Shown here: piece by piece, positions 46,721 to 56,353 of the stretch
Layout: each line of letters begins with the position of its first letter
How positions within the stretch are numbered: position 1 is the first letter of the stretch
Source of the DNA: an uncultured Alphaproteobacteria bacterium
GTDB lineage: Bacteria > Pseudomonadota > Alphaproteobacteria > Acetobacterales > Acetobacteraceae
Assembly: GCA_963834475.1 (NCBI GenBank)
Contig: CAWIBZ010000003.1
Span: 26,701 to 90,700 of the forward strand
Length of the DNA stretch: 64,000 nt
Direction of reading: 5' to 3'
Position numbers and translations under genes: made by a program
The notes under the pieces: model-generated
The model's input: the letters and a program-made list of their open reading frames with translations, nothing else
Databases searched by the model: none
Told to the model about the DNA's origin: nothing

Positions 46721-46893
46721 ATGTGCGATCGCTTCACCCAGCATTACACGTGGGCCGAGGTCCATGTCTTCCTGAGCGTCTTCGGGGCACCTCAGAACCT
46801 GCGGCCACGCTACAATATTGCGCCGACGACCTGGGTGGACGCGGTCCGGTTGGACGAGGACGGCGAGCGCGAGCTCGTCCTCATGCGCTGGGG
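46721..46893 (+). pseudogene. SRAP (SOS response-associated peptidase) N-terminal fragment
   Basis: MCDRF...PRYNIAPT...MRWG, then homology stops. Confidence 0.85.
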
Positions 46894-47109
46894 GTGCGCT
46901 GCAGCCAATGCGACAAGGTCACCATTGGCCCGGCGCGCTCATTCGGCCGACCAGAGACCCGCGTGCTCTATCTGGTGAATCGTCTCCGATGCGACCGCTG
47001 CCGGGTGCCGGCGGCGCCCGCGTATCTCTGTGCCTCGCCTCACAGGTCCTTCCAGGGAGGACCGCGGCCGGATTGGGCGATCGAGCTGGTGGCGCCGACA
47101 CGGGCCTAG
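46888..47109 (+). pseudogene. Zn-ribbon phage protein fragment
   Basis: VRCSQC...RLRCDRC; no own start. Confidence 0.45.
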
Positions 47110-47708
47110 CCCGAGACCTGGGCGCTGGTCTGCACAGAGCCCAGGTCCTGAAGAACGCCATAGGGAAAGACCCGTCACGCGATGCGCTACTCGACGGAGG
47201 TGGCCGAGCCCTCCGTCCAAAAGAGGGCCTCGCCGAGGGCGCTCTGATAATCTGCGCGCGCAGAAGGCGCGGGCGCCACGCACATTCGCGGGAAGCACTA
47301 ACCTGTGAGGGCGCCACACGATGCGGCGGTTTATATGTCCCCCACCCGTGCGGCCACCTTGCCCTAGAGGTCCGCGATTTCCTGGGCGATCCGCACCAAG
47401 GCTGCCATCCCTTCGACCTTCCGGGCGCCGGGCGGTTGGACCCATTTACCGACGTGGCATGGCACGGTGTAGCCGCTTCGGCAATGGCGATATGCTGATG
47501 GCGCTCAGCCTCGAGCCGCACCAAGCGATCTGTTTCCTCGTCACGCTCGGCCGTCGATCGCGCCACATCCCGGTGCCAGATCTGCCGGGAATGGCATTGG
47601 GAACGTGATCGCGATGATCCCGCACCTGTTCACGGCGGTCGACGGCAGATCACCGCCGGATTTTTCCTTCCTCCTGACGCACCTCTGTAACTCTTATGGT
47701 CCGCAGAA

Positions 47709-48471
47709 TTACCTGGGCGGCAGCCGTTCCACTTTCACCGCAGCTACGTCGAAGTAGTGGGCACGGCTGTCGTTTTGGTGGAGCGCGGGCGTGAAAGTGG
47801 GATCACCGACGGGCGGACCATCTGGGTCGCCGGGAGAAGGCCCCCAGTTTGTGGGCACGCCCCACAAGTTCAAGTGGAGCTGCATCGGCTTGGTCGGAAC
47901 GTGGTCATTTTCGGTTCGAATAAGCTGGCCCTGAACGAACCAACTGACGTGGTCCGGAAACCATTCCATCCGGTAGGTATGAAAATCTGAGAAGGTGTTC
48001 GGCTCTACAGCGAAAGGACATGGGGTGCGCTGTCTTTTGCAAAGTTTCATGCGCAAAGACATTAGTCGATATCTTTTTCAGGTTTGTCGTGAGGATTTCA
48101 AAATCGATCTCGTCATGAATATCCCGATCCGCGCCCGGAGGAAATGCTTGGTATGCAAAGAACCCTGCAATCATGCCACCCTGGGTCCCTTCAAATTTGA
48201 ACTTGCATTCGAAGGCAATACCTCCGCCACCGCCCGGTAGAGAGAACGCCTCACGAGTAATCGCCTCTGATCCAAGGAAGGACTTTCCATCATTCCAAGT
48301 ATCCAACCGGATGCGAGCCATCGCATTCTCTGCACGTGGAAGGCTTTGGCGCATCTGCGTCAAGCCGAGGTACGATGGATTGTTTTTGGCTTCCCAGTGG
48401 TTGAAATCCCATCGAGTGTCGAGTGGACCAGTCGATGGGAAATCGTCTTGGAAAAGGATAACTCCGGCCAT
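47709..48471 (-). pseudogene. Glycoside hydrolase family 16, frameshifted at ~48020
   Basis: LFQDDF, HDEIDFE catalytic motif, DFHTYRMEW.PD.VSWFV.G, PMQLHLNLW. Confidence 0.85.
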
Positions 48472-48849
48472 CGTATCCCCCGATGATTATACGATCACTC
48501 TTTTACAATTAAAAAACATTACTATTTAGCATCAGTCAATCTGATTTTTGTAACATTTCACGACATCCATGTTTTCCAACCCTTTATGCGGAATCACGGC
48601 AAAGCCTCGATGCGATGAGAAATCGATCCTCTGAGTAATGGAACAAGGCCGCGATTAGGCTGACCGAGGACGCCACCGAGATGGAATCGAATGGGGCTCA
48701 TCGAATGATGGAACAAATACTGTACTCTGCCGCGATGCAGCATCAAGCCTTTTCGATCGCCTCGGGGCGCTGGTCCTGATCGTCCCTCCGCCGGCCGGCC
48801 ATTATTTGACCGCCGTGGCCAGGCCGAACTATGCGGTGCCATCATGCGC

Positions 48850-48972
48850 CTCCGGGGCCGACGAGCTGCAACCGGCGGCCGAGAGCGGGCTACCGGAACG
48901 GCCGGTGACCCCGCGGCTCAACCGGACCGGCGTGGGCGATGAGGATCCGACGATTATCACGCCGGTGCATGC
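48850..48972 (+). pseudogene. SRAP extreme C-terminal fragment
   Basis: LQPAAESGL.ERPVT.RLNRTGVGDEDPTII.PV resembles the SRAP tail. Confidence 0.55.
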
Positions 48973-49106
48973 CGCCTCCGCGAGTTCTCCAAGCCGCGCG
49001 GGATCGCCAATCGACTGAAAGCTCGCGGACGGCACGTCGGCGCTTGTGATTGCAAGCCTTTCGCCTGGGGCAAACACCTGACAAAATGAGCCGCTAGGGC
49101 TTCAAC

Positions 49107-49994
49107 GTGGCTGAATGGGCAGAATGGCGCATGGTTGACTTTGTAAACAACATCGAGACCGCTAAAATTGGCGAAATAGTCGAGAGGCATTTCATTAGAA
49201 GGTCGTGGAAAGTCGAACATAAGCGGCGAGTTGAGCAACCTGTGGTCGAAGTATCAAAGCGGGATATTCTGTTTTCTATAAGGGCCATAGATACAGACAT
49301 GCTTAAATTTATAAGCATCTCGGACTTGCTAGACAGAATGGAGAACTTCTCTCGTGAATACCGAGCCACAACCGGCGAAGTTATCATTTTTGTAGCGCGG
49401 AGGCCCCTTATTGGTCTGAAGCCGGACGCGTTGTCAGAGCGCAGCATCGCGTTTTGCCTGATGGACAACCTCGATAGCCTCACCGACATAGAAGCCTATT
49501 ATGATAAACCGTTCTCCACCGTCGACGGGCACGATAAGACTATCATCCGGGGATGCAGAACTTTCTGCATCGCAATGTCTGACAAGGCAATAGCACGAAA
49601 GGACTTCGGAGAAGCGCAGCGGTGGCTAGAGCTGAGTATAGATGGTGTTTTTAAAGTCATGGAGGCACGTTACAAGCTGTTTGACCTTTTCCTTCTGACA
49701 AAGAATGTTGAGGCCGCACGCGATGTTGCCCGCGGAGGCTTGGCAGTGTCTGGACATGACCTTCGCTTCTTGAAGCGGCTTCGCGCGCTAGAGCAAAATG
49801 CAGGAAACGCGGAAGAGGTCGCGGCTCTCGAGACACGGATCGCTACCGCATCCGAAGTTGCACCGAGCCTTGAAAGCATTTTGGCTAAACAGAGAGAAAA
49901 TCAGCCACAGCCGACGAGTTCTCCTGTGGCTTCATCTGCAGGCGACAAAGGCTTCTTCCGGGATCTTCTCAATCGTCTGCAGCGGCAGGGCTGA
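49107..49994 (+). CDS. Hypothetical protein: alpha/beta N-terminal domain + TPR-like repeats
   Basis: Long lower-GC ORF; helical repeats A..KDFGEAQRWLE, NVEAARDVARGGL. Confidence 0.7.
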   Translation: MAEWAEWRMVDFVNNIETAKIGEIVERHFIRRSWKVEHKRRVEQPVVEVSKRDILFSIRAIDTDMLKFISISDLLDRMENFSREYRATTGEVIIFVARRPLIGLKPDALSERSIAFCLMDNLDSLTDIEAYYDKPFSTVDGHDKTIIRGCRTFCIAMSDKAIARKDFGEAQRWLELSIDGVFKVMEARYKLFDLFLLTKNVEAARDVARGGLAVSGHDLRFLKRLRALEQNAGNAEEVAALETRIATASEVAPSLESILAKQRENQPQPTSSPVASSAGDKGFFRDLLNRLQRQG

Positions 49995-50002
49995 GCAATC
50001 AC

Positions 50003-50085
50003 AACCGACGTGGAAGCGAATCATGACCGGATGCCTATGCGCCTGATGCTCGATCAATTCGACCGCTGGCTGTCGGGCGTGACGG
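50003..50085 (+). pseudogene. SRAP HDRMP fragment
   Basis: EANHDRMPMRLMLDQFDRWL. Confidence 0.6.
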
Positions 50086-50096
50086 ACCCGATGCCC

Positions 50097-51389
50097 TTAC
50101 CCGTCAACGTCAGCCTGCTCAGGCGCCCCCGATTTTTTCCTGAGGTCGAGAAGCTCGGCTGGTGGGCTGAAGCCTTCCAGGAGCAGATCAGCCCAGATCT
50201 GGGCGAGTTCGCGCCGCCGGTCGAGATAGAGCTCGCGGTTGTACGCTCCCTCCGTCTCGTTCGGAGGCGTATGCGCGAGCATGAGGTCGATGATGCCGCG
50301 GTCATCTCGGTGATGGCGGTTCATGACCGTTGAAAAGGCAGAGCGCCAGCCATGGGGCACATGGCGGCCGTGATAGCCGGCACGGTTGAGCATGTAGCCC
50401 AAGGCGTTTTCCGACATGGGCTTTTGGCCGCTGCGGCTATTCGGGAACGCATAGCGACATTCGCCAGTGATCTGCCGAAGCACTGAGATGACCTCTCGTG
50501 CTTGACGCGATAGAGGCACTAGGTGATCCTGGTGCATCTTCATGCGCTCGGCCGGGATGACCCAGACATCCCCCTCGAGGAGTTCCTCAAGCTCGGACCA
50601 TGGGGTCGTGCGGAGCGTCCCCCGCGAACCGCTGTGAGCGCCATCAGGCGCATCGCCAGGCGCGTCACGACGTGACCGGGCCTGGCCTCGACGTCCCGCA
50701 GAACCTGCCTCACCTGCTCCAGATTGGTGACCGCGGGCTGCCGTCCCTTCACCAGGGGGGCAAGCGCCGAGCGGATGACGATCGATGGGTCGTTCTTGGC
50801 GCGCTGGGTGCTGATGGCATGGACGAAGACCGCCCCCATCCGCTGTCGCACCCGGCGAGCCTTTTCGATTGCCGGAATAGCCTCAATCGCCCGGCACACC
50901 GCCAGTACATCCGATGCGTCGATCTCGTCCGGCAGGCGGGCACCGAGCGGCTCCGGGTCGGGGGATGTCGGCGGCACGAAGTCGAAGACATGCGCCTCCA
51001 GCGACTTGATCACCTCATCGCCATGGATCTTCGTCCAGCGCTTCACGTTGGCGGCGTGCCACTCACGGGCGATCGCCTCGAAGCTGCGGTGCCCACGCGT
51101 CGCGCGCTCCGCCTGGGCCGCCTGCTGCCGCTGTTCGGCCGCCACCATCGGATCGCGGCCGGCCGCCAGGTCCGCCCTCGCCACGTCCCGCCTGGCGCGC
51201 GCATCTGCGAGAGACATCTCCGGATAGGCACCGAAGCTCATCAGCTTCTCGACCTTGTCGAACCGGTATTTCAGGCGCCACAGGCGCGATCCGTTGGGGC
51301 GGATGAGGAGATAGAGCCCGCCCAGAGTCTGATACCTTGCGGTCCTTCTCCCCGGGCTTCTCGCGGCGGATCGCGGCGTCCGTCAGCAT
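50097..51389 (-). pseudogene. P4-type tyrosine integrase, two frameshifts (~51320, ~50620)
   Basis: Arm domain MLTDAAIR..KP...DSGGLYL, SFGAYPE.SL; catalytic R (TAVR), K.H.VPLS, HGWR, LAH, Y (AYNR). Confidence 0.92.
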
Positions 51390-51400
51390 GCGTTTCCCTC

Positions 51401-51554
51401 GATACCCCCAACCGCCAGACCGATACCCCCAATAATACCCCCAGGATGATGCGGTCTGGTCGAGTCAGGTGCTATTTGTTGCGGCGCGTCATCCGCTCAA
51501 TAGTCAATATTTTCAAGGGTTTTGCAAGCGTTGCGGCGGTGCTCTGGGGGTATC
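51401..51554. repeat. Integrase arm-type sites
   Basis: GATACCCCCA at 51401 and 51422, ATACCCCCA at 51435, inverted TGGGGGTATC at 51545 abutting the tRNA CCA. Confidence 0.75.
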
Positions 51555-51644
51555 TGGCGGACAGGGTGGGATTCGAACCCACGGTACGCTTGCACGCACG
51601 GCGGTTTTCAAGACCGCTGCCTTAAACCGCTCGGCCACCTGTCC
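51555..51644 (-). tRNA. tRNA-Ser(TGA)
   Basis: GGACAGG...GCGGT-CTTGAAA-ACCGC, long variable arm, GTTCGAATC, CCA end. Confidence 0.97.
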
Positions 51645-51722
51645 ATTAAGGCCCGCGGCAAACTAGAGCGCATTGCGTGCTGACGCCAGAGCATGGGAAC
51701 GCAATGCACCCCTTTCTGCGAG

Positions 51723-52463
51723 TCAGGCTGCCGATACGGATTGCGAGAGCCCGGTCTGCGCCATGGGCCGGACCACCTGCTGCGTCATGGCCGTGGCATC
51801 GCGCACGATATAGCCGCGGCCCCAAACGGTGGTGATGACATCCCCTCCCCCTGCCTGAGCCAGCTTGCGCCGAAGTTTGCAGACAAAGACATCGATGATC
51901 TTGATGTCCGGCTCGTCATTCCCGCCGTAGAGATGATTGAGGAAGGACTCCTTGGCCACGATGCTGCCGCTGCGCAGGAACAGAAGTTCCAGGATGCGGT
52001 ATTCCTTCTCTGTCAGATGCACCGTCTCGCCGTTCACGGTGACGACATTGGATTCCATGTCGAGTTCGATGGGGCCGAGCGTAATCCTGGAGTGGCTGAG
52101 CCCTTTCGAGCGCCGCACCAGCGCCTGAATCCGCGCGCCGAGTTCCGATTCGTCGAAGGGCCGCGCCAGGAAGTCATCCGCGCCGAGCGAAAAGGCTTTC
52201 ACCTTGGCCTGGGGCCGGGTGAGGCTGGAGAGCACCAGGATCGGGATCGCGATCGAACTCCAGCGCAGCCGGCGGATCACCTCATAGCCATCGGTGTCGG
52301 GCAGCATCAGGTCCATGATCAGCGCGTCATAATCGTAACGCTTGGCGAGTTGATAAGCCTCTTCGCCGGTTTCGACATATTCCAATACAGCGCCGCTCGA
52401 CTTCAAAGCACGCTGAATGGTTGCAGCAGCCTGAACGTCATTATCGACAAGGAGCACACGCAT
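51723..52463 (-). CDS. ctrA: CtrA-family response regulator (divergent)
   Basis: FLNHLYGG.DEP..KIIDVFVCKLR.KL and TVWGRGY, diagnostic of the CtrA DNA-binding domain. Confidence 0.85.
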   Translation of the reverse strand: MRVLLVDNDVQAAATIQRALKSSGAVLEYVETGEEAYQLAKRYDYDALIMDLMLPDTDGYEVIRRLRWSSIAIPILVLSSLTRPQAKVKAFSLGADDFLARPFDESELGARIQALVRRSKGLSHSRITLGPIELDMESNVVTVNGETVHLTEKEYRILELLFLRSGSIVAKESFLNHLYGGNDEPDIKIIDVFVCKLRRKLAQAGGGDVITTVWGRGYIVRDATAMTQQVVRPMAQTGLSQSVSAA

Positions 52464-52692
52464 CGGTCTACATCCCCTAGTTGTAAGCCGATAGTGCTAC
52501 CTGGGCGTGTATCAGTCAATAAAAATTGCAACCACCGGTTGCCATTTTTAGATTATGACAAGGGAAGTCGCGAGGACGCTACTAATTTCGATATCGTATC
52601 AGTTAGGGCGCTGAAAAACCATAGGCGGCAACCCTCATTCAAAAGGATCAGCCACGCTTGGCAGGCTTTGGGGGAGATTGGGATCAGAACCG

Positions 52693-52767
52693 TGGTGGGC
52701 GCAACAGGGATTGAACCTGTGACCCCCACCGTGTCAAGGTGGTGCTCTCCCGCTGAGCTATGCGCCC
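52693..52767 (-). tRNA. tRNA-Val(GAC)
   Basis: GGGCGCA...CCACC-TTGACAC-GGTGG, GTTCAATCC, CCA end. Confidence 0.97.
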
Positions 52768-53082
52768 ACGGTTCCGATGACGCTTTCCTAACCGCTGCCG
52801 GCCTGGGCCGCAAGGGGGACTGTCATAATTGAGCCCCTCTGTGCCTGGGCATCGGCTCTGCACGGAGCGGTTTGCAGCGATCCCGCCCCGCCTGCCTCAG
52901 GATTTTGCGACTCCGCGAACCGACCCGGTTCGCGGAGCCCCGTGCCAGCCTCGATTTTGTAAGCAATTTCATGCGTTTGGATTGGGTCCACCGAGCCAAT
53001 CCAAACGCATCTCGCTCTCGTCCAATGGATGATGAGAGATCGAGTTAGACTTTGGGCCGGACCGACCCAAAGTCATCGGGCT

Positions 53083-54735
53083 CTAGCCCGCGATTCGCAG
53101 AAGATGCACATCGACGAGCGGCCGCTTCTGCACCCTTTTGCCCACGGCCCGGCGGAGGGAGGCGCGTGCCGATTCCGCCAAGGCGAAGTCATCGCGCCGC
53201 AGCGGCGCCGGCAGGTCAGACAAGGCGGCCGTGAACTCCGCTTCCATGCGCGCACGCTCGGGGTCGTCATTGTCGAACAATCCGGGCGCGCTCACCTGCG
53301 CGTTGCCGCGAATACGCCCCTGCTCGTCGACGACGACACTGCCGATCACCACGCCGTTGAACAGCATGCGCCGGCGCGCCGCGAGCACGCCGCCGGTCAT
53401 CGGCACCAGGCGGTTACCGTCCACCGCCAGACGGCCGACGGGCGCGCTGTCCACGATCTGCGGCACACCCGGCGCCAGCTGCAGGATGTCGCCGTCCTCC
53501 AGCATCAAGGGCTTGGACCCGGCCTCGCGGGCGAGGCTGGCATGGGCGGTGAGGTGCCGCCATTCGCCATGCACCGGCACCGCATATTGGGGCCGGACCA
53601 GCGCATAGATGCGCCGCAGCTCATCGCGCGCCGGATGGCCGGAGACATGGACCATATGATCCTCATCGGTCATCAGGTGTACGCCGCGGCGGGCGAGATT
53701 GTCCTGCACCAGGGTGATAGCGCGCTCATTGCCGGGAATGACGCGGCTGGAGAAGATGACGGTATCCCCCTCGCCGAGGGCGATCCGCGGATGGGTGTCT
53801 GAGGCGACGCGGGACATCGCACTCCGCGCCTCACCCTGCGACCCCGAGAGGATGAGCAGCAGGTTTTCATCCGGCACATCCGCCGCCTGATCCTCGCTGA
53901 GGAAAGGCGGCACAGAGGAGAGGTAGCCGCATTCGCGGGCCGCCGCCTCGATATTGCGCAAGGACCGTCCCGCGACGGCCACCTGCCGCCCGACCGCCTG
54001 GGCGGCGAGCGCGATGCTTTCCAGCCGGGCGACGTTGCTCGCGAAGCAGGTAATGGCCACACGGCCGCTCAAATGCCGGATCAGCCCCGGCAATGCGCGC
54101 CGCACCTCGGCCTCCGATCCGGAATGCCCCTCGACGGTCGCATTGGTGGAATCGCCGATCATGGCAAGCACGCCCTGGTCGCCCAGGCGCTTCAGCGTCG
54201 CCTCATCCGTCAGCGCGCCCACCACCGGGTCAGGGTCGAGCTTCCAGTCACCGCTATGCAGGATGAGCCCATAGGGGGTGTGGATGGCCAGCGCCTGGGC
54301 TTCCGGCACGGAATGCGCCATGGCGACAAACTCGATTGCGAAGGGGCCGAGCGTCAGCTTTGCGCCCGACTGCACGACATGCAGCGGCACTTCCCCTAAG
54401 AGTCCCGCCTCCGTCAGCTTCCGCCGCAGCACGGCGGCGGCGAAGGGCGTTGCGTAGACCGGGCACTTCAGCTGGCGCCACAGCCAGGCCACGGCGCCGA
54501 GATGATCCTCATGAGCGTGGGTAATCACGAGCGCGAGCAGCTTGTCCCGCCGCTCGGCAATAAAGCTCGGATCGGGCACCATCACATCCACCTCCGGATG
54601 CTCAGGCCCGCCAAAACCGAGGCCGCAATCAACGGCCAGCCACTGCCCGCGGCAGCGGTAGAGGTTTAAATTCATGCCGATCTCGCCCGATCCCCCGAGA
54701 GGGAGGAAGGCGAGATCGTCTTCAAAACTGGTCAT
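53083..54735 (-). CDS. rnj: Ribonuclease J
   Basis: LPLGGSGEIGMN, THAHEDH, DSTNA, FASNVAR, GSQGE, HVSGH, PVHGE. Confidence 0.97.
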   Translation of the reverse strand: MTSFEDDLAFLPLGGSGEIGMNLNLYRCRGQWLAVDCGLGFGGPEHPEVDVMVPDPSFIAERRDKLLALVITHAHEDHLGAVAWLWRQLKCPVYATPFAAAVLRRKLTEAGLLGEVPLHVVQSGAKLTLGPFAIEFVAMAHSVPEAQALAIHTPYGLILHSGDWKLDPDPVVGALTDEATLKRLGDQGVLAMIGDSTNATVEGHSGSEAEVRRALPGLIRHLSGRVAITCFASNVARLESIALAAQAVGRQVAVAGRSLRNIEAAARECGYLSSVPPFLSEDQAADVPDENLLLILSGSQGEARSAMSRVASDTHPRIALGEGDTVIFSSRVIPGNERAITLVQDNLARRGVHLMTDEDHMVHVSGHPARDELRRIYALVRPQYAVPVHGEWRHLTAHASLAREAGSKPLMLEDGDILQLAPGVPQIVDSAPVGRLAVDGNRLVPMTGGVLAARRRMLFNGVVIGSVVVDEQGRIRGNAQVSAPGLFDNDDPERARMEAEFTAALSDLPAPLRRDDFALAESARASLRRAVGKRVQKRPLVDVHLLRIAG

Positions 54736-54752
54736 ATGACCCTTATCCTTGG

Positions 54753-55562
54753 TCAATCTCCTGTGGCATGGCGCTTCCAATCCTTCGAGAGGCTGGGGGC
54801 GGGATTGCGCAGCGCCAACAGGCGCATCCCTTCCAGCGTGAGATCCGGGTCGATCGATTCAAATATCGTGGTGCCTTCGGCGAAGAGGGGCGCGAGACCG
54901 CCTGTCGCGATCACCTTGATCGGCACGCCAAATTCGCCGCGAATGCGCGTCACAAGCCCTTCGACCATGCCGACATATCCCCAGAATATGCCTGACCGCA
55001 TGGCGGGGACGGTCGAGCGGCCAATCACGGCCTGAGGCCGGCCGATGGCGATGCGCGGAAGCCGCGCCGCGGCCTTGTGCAAAGCCTCGATCGAGAGATT
55101 GACCCCCGGCGATATGATGCCGCCGACAAAATTTCCATGCTCATCCACCACATCAAAATTGGTGGCGGTTCCGAAATCCACAACGACCAGCGGGCCGCCG
55201 TAGATCTGGTGTGCAGCGAGCGTATTGAGCAGACGGTCCGCGCCCACTTCCGTGGGGGAGTCGACGGAGATCTCGAAACCCCAATCGAGTTCCGCGGAGG
55301 CGATCAGCGGCTCGACCTCGAACCATTCGCGGCAGAGGCGCCGCAGATGGTAGAGGGCGGCGGGGACCACGATGCCGATGACGGCCCGGCTGACCGCACG
55401 GGGGTCGATGCCGCTGTGACCCAGCAAGGTCATGAGCCAGACCGCATATTCGTCCGAGGTGCGCTGCGCATCGGTGGAGATGCGCCAAGTGCCGCGCCAG
55501 GACGTGCCGTCATGCACCGCCATGACGATATTCGTATTGCCAGCATCGATGACGAGAAGCAT
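54753..55562 (-). CDS. coaX: Type III pantothenate kinase
   Basis: IDAGNTN, VGADR, VDFGTAT, IATGGLA. Confidence 0.97.
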   Translation of the reverse strand: MLLVIDAGNTNIVMAVHDGTSWRGTWRISTDAQRTSDEYAVWLMTLLGHSGIDPRAVSRAVIGIVVPAALYHLRRLCREWFEVEPLIASAELDWGFEISVDSPTEVGADRLLNTLAAHQIYGGPLVVVDFGTATNFDVVDEHGNFVGGIISPGVNLSIEALHKAAARLPRIAIGRPQAVIGRSTVPAMRSGIFWGYVGMVEGLVTRIRGEFGVPIKVIATGGLAPLFAEGTTIFESIDPDLTLEGMRLLALRNPAPSLSKDWKRHATGD

Positions 55563-55570
55563 GGCGCTTC

Positions 55571-56353
55571 CTATTCCTCCTGCCCGAGAAGCACGTCGCC
55601 CGTAGAAATGGCGTGAACGGTTTCACCCATTGCTAGAAGCAATTCGCCCGTAGCGGAAATGCCGGCGAAGCGCCCTTCACGCGTGCCGCGCACATCCATG
55701 ATCCTGACAGCCGTGCCGAGCGGATGCGCCCGCGCCAGCCAGCTCGTCCTGACGGCCAGGAATCCCTCGTCCTCCAAGACATGCCGCCAATGCCGGAGGC
55801 GGTCGAGGAAAACCATTGTGACCTCCAGCGGCGAAGGTGGCCGGCCGGCCGGCGGCACGAGCCTGGCCGTCCGGCGCCCGGGAACCTCGGGTGCGACGGC
55901 CAGATTGGCGCCGAGCCCGATGACCAGCCAGTCGAGGCCGGAGCCGCCCGCGCTCATCGCGGCATCCACCAGAATGCCGGCGAGTTTGGCGCCATCCCGC
56001 AGCACGTCATTCGGCCATTTCAGGCTGAGCCGCTCCGGCTCGCCATCGAAGGCTGCCAGCGCCTCGATGAAAGCAACGCCCGCGAGCAAGGCCCACTGCC
56101 CCGCCCCGCCCGCCTCTGTCCTGTTCTTCGGGCGAAGCAGAACCGAGAGAAACAGATTGCCGCGCGGCGCGCTCCAGCTGCGCCCGCGGCTGCCGCGCGC
56201 CGCTGTCTGTTCGTCCGCAAGGATGGCCAGCCCGTCCGGCGCGCCATCGCGCGCGCGGGAGAGGCAAGCATCGGAGGTGGAGGAAATCAGCCGGACCTGT
56301 TCGAGCCGATATCCTCCAGGCAGGTGAAGCGGCGTGCCCTCGCCGATCGTCAA
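55571..56353 (-). CDS. birA: Biotin--[acetyl-CoA-carboxylase] ligase
   Basis: [24 protein letters not shown]. Confidence 0.95.
   Translation of the reverse strand: MTIGEGTPLHLPGGYRLEQVRLISSTSDACLSRARDGAPDGLAILADEQTAARGSRGRSWSAPRGNLFLSVLLRPKNRTEAGGAGQWALLAGVAFIEALAAFDGEPERLSLKWPNDVLRDGAKLAGILVDAAMSAGGSGLDWLVIGLGANLAVAPEVPGRRTARLVPPAGRPPSPLEVTMVFLDRLRHWRHVLEDEGFLAVRTSWLARAHPLGTAVRIMDVRGTREGRFAGISATGELLLAMGETVHAISTGDVLLGQEE

Larger units (their letters stand above)
1..51557. mobile_element. Temperate prophage (lambda-like head, Mu-like contractile tail) integrated at tRNA-Ser 3' end; left end outside window
   Basis: Ordered modules cI/cro, replication, terminase, portal, capsid, sheath/baseplate, endolysin; P4-type integrase abutting tRNA-Ser; housekeeping genes start beyond the tRNA. 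Confidence 0.95.

Noticed and set aside
1-51557. CtrA boxes (TTAA-N7-TTAA) in prophage promoters
   Set aside because: None found by eye in the AT-rich intergenic regions; a motif scan would be needed
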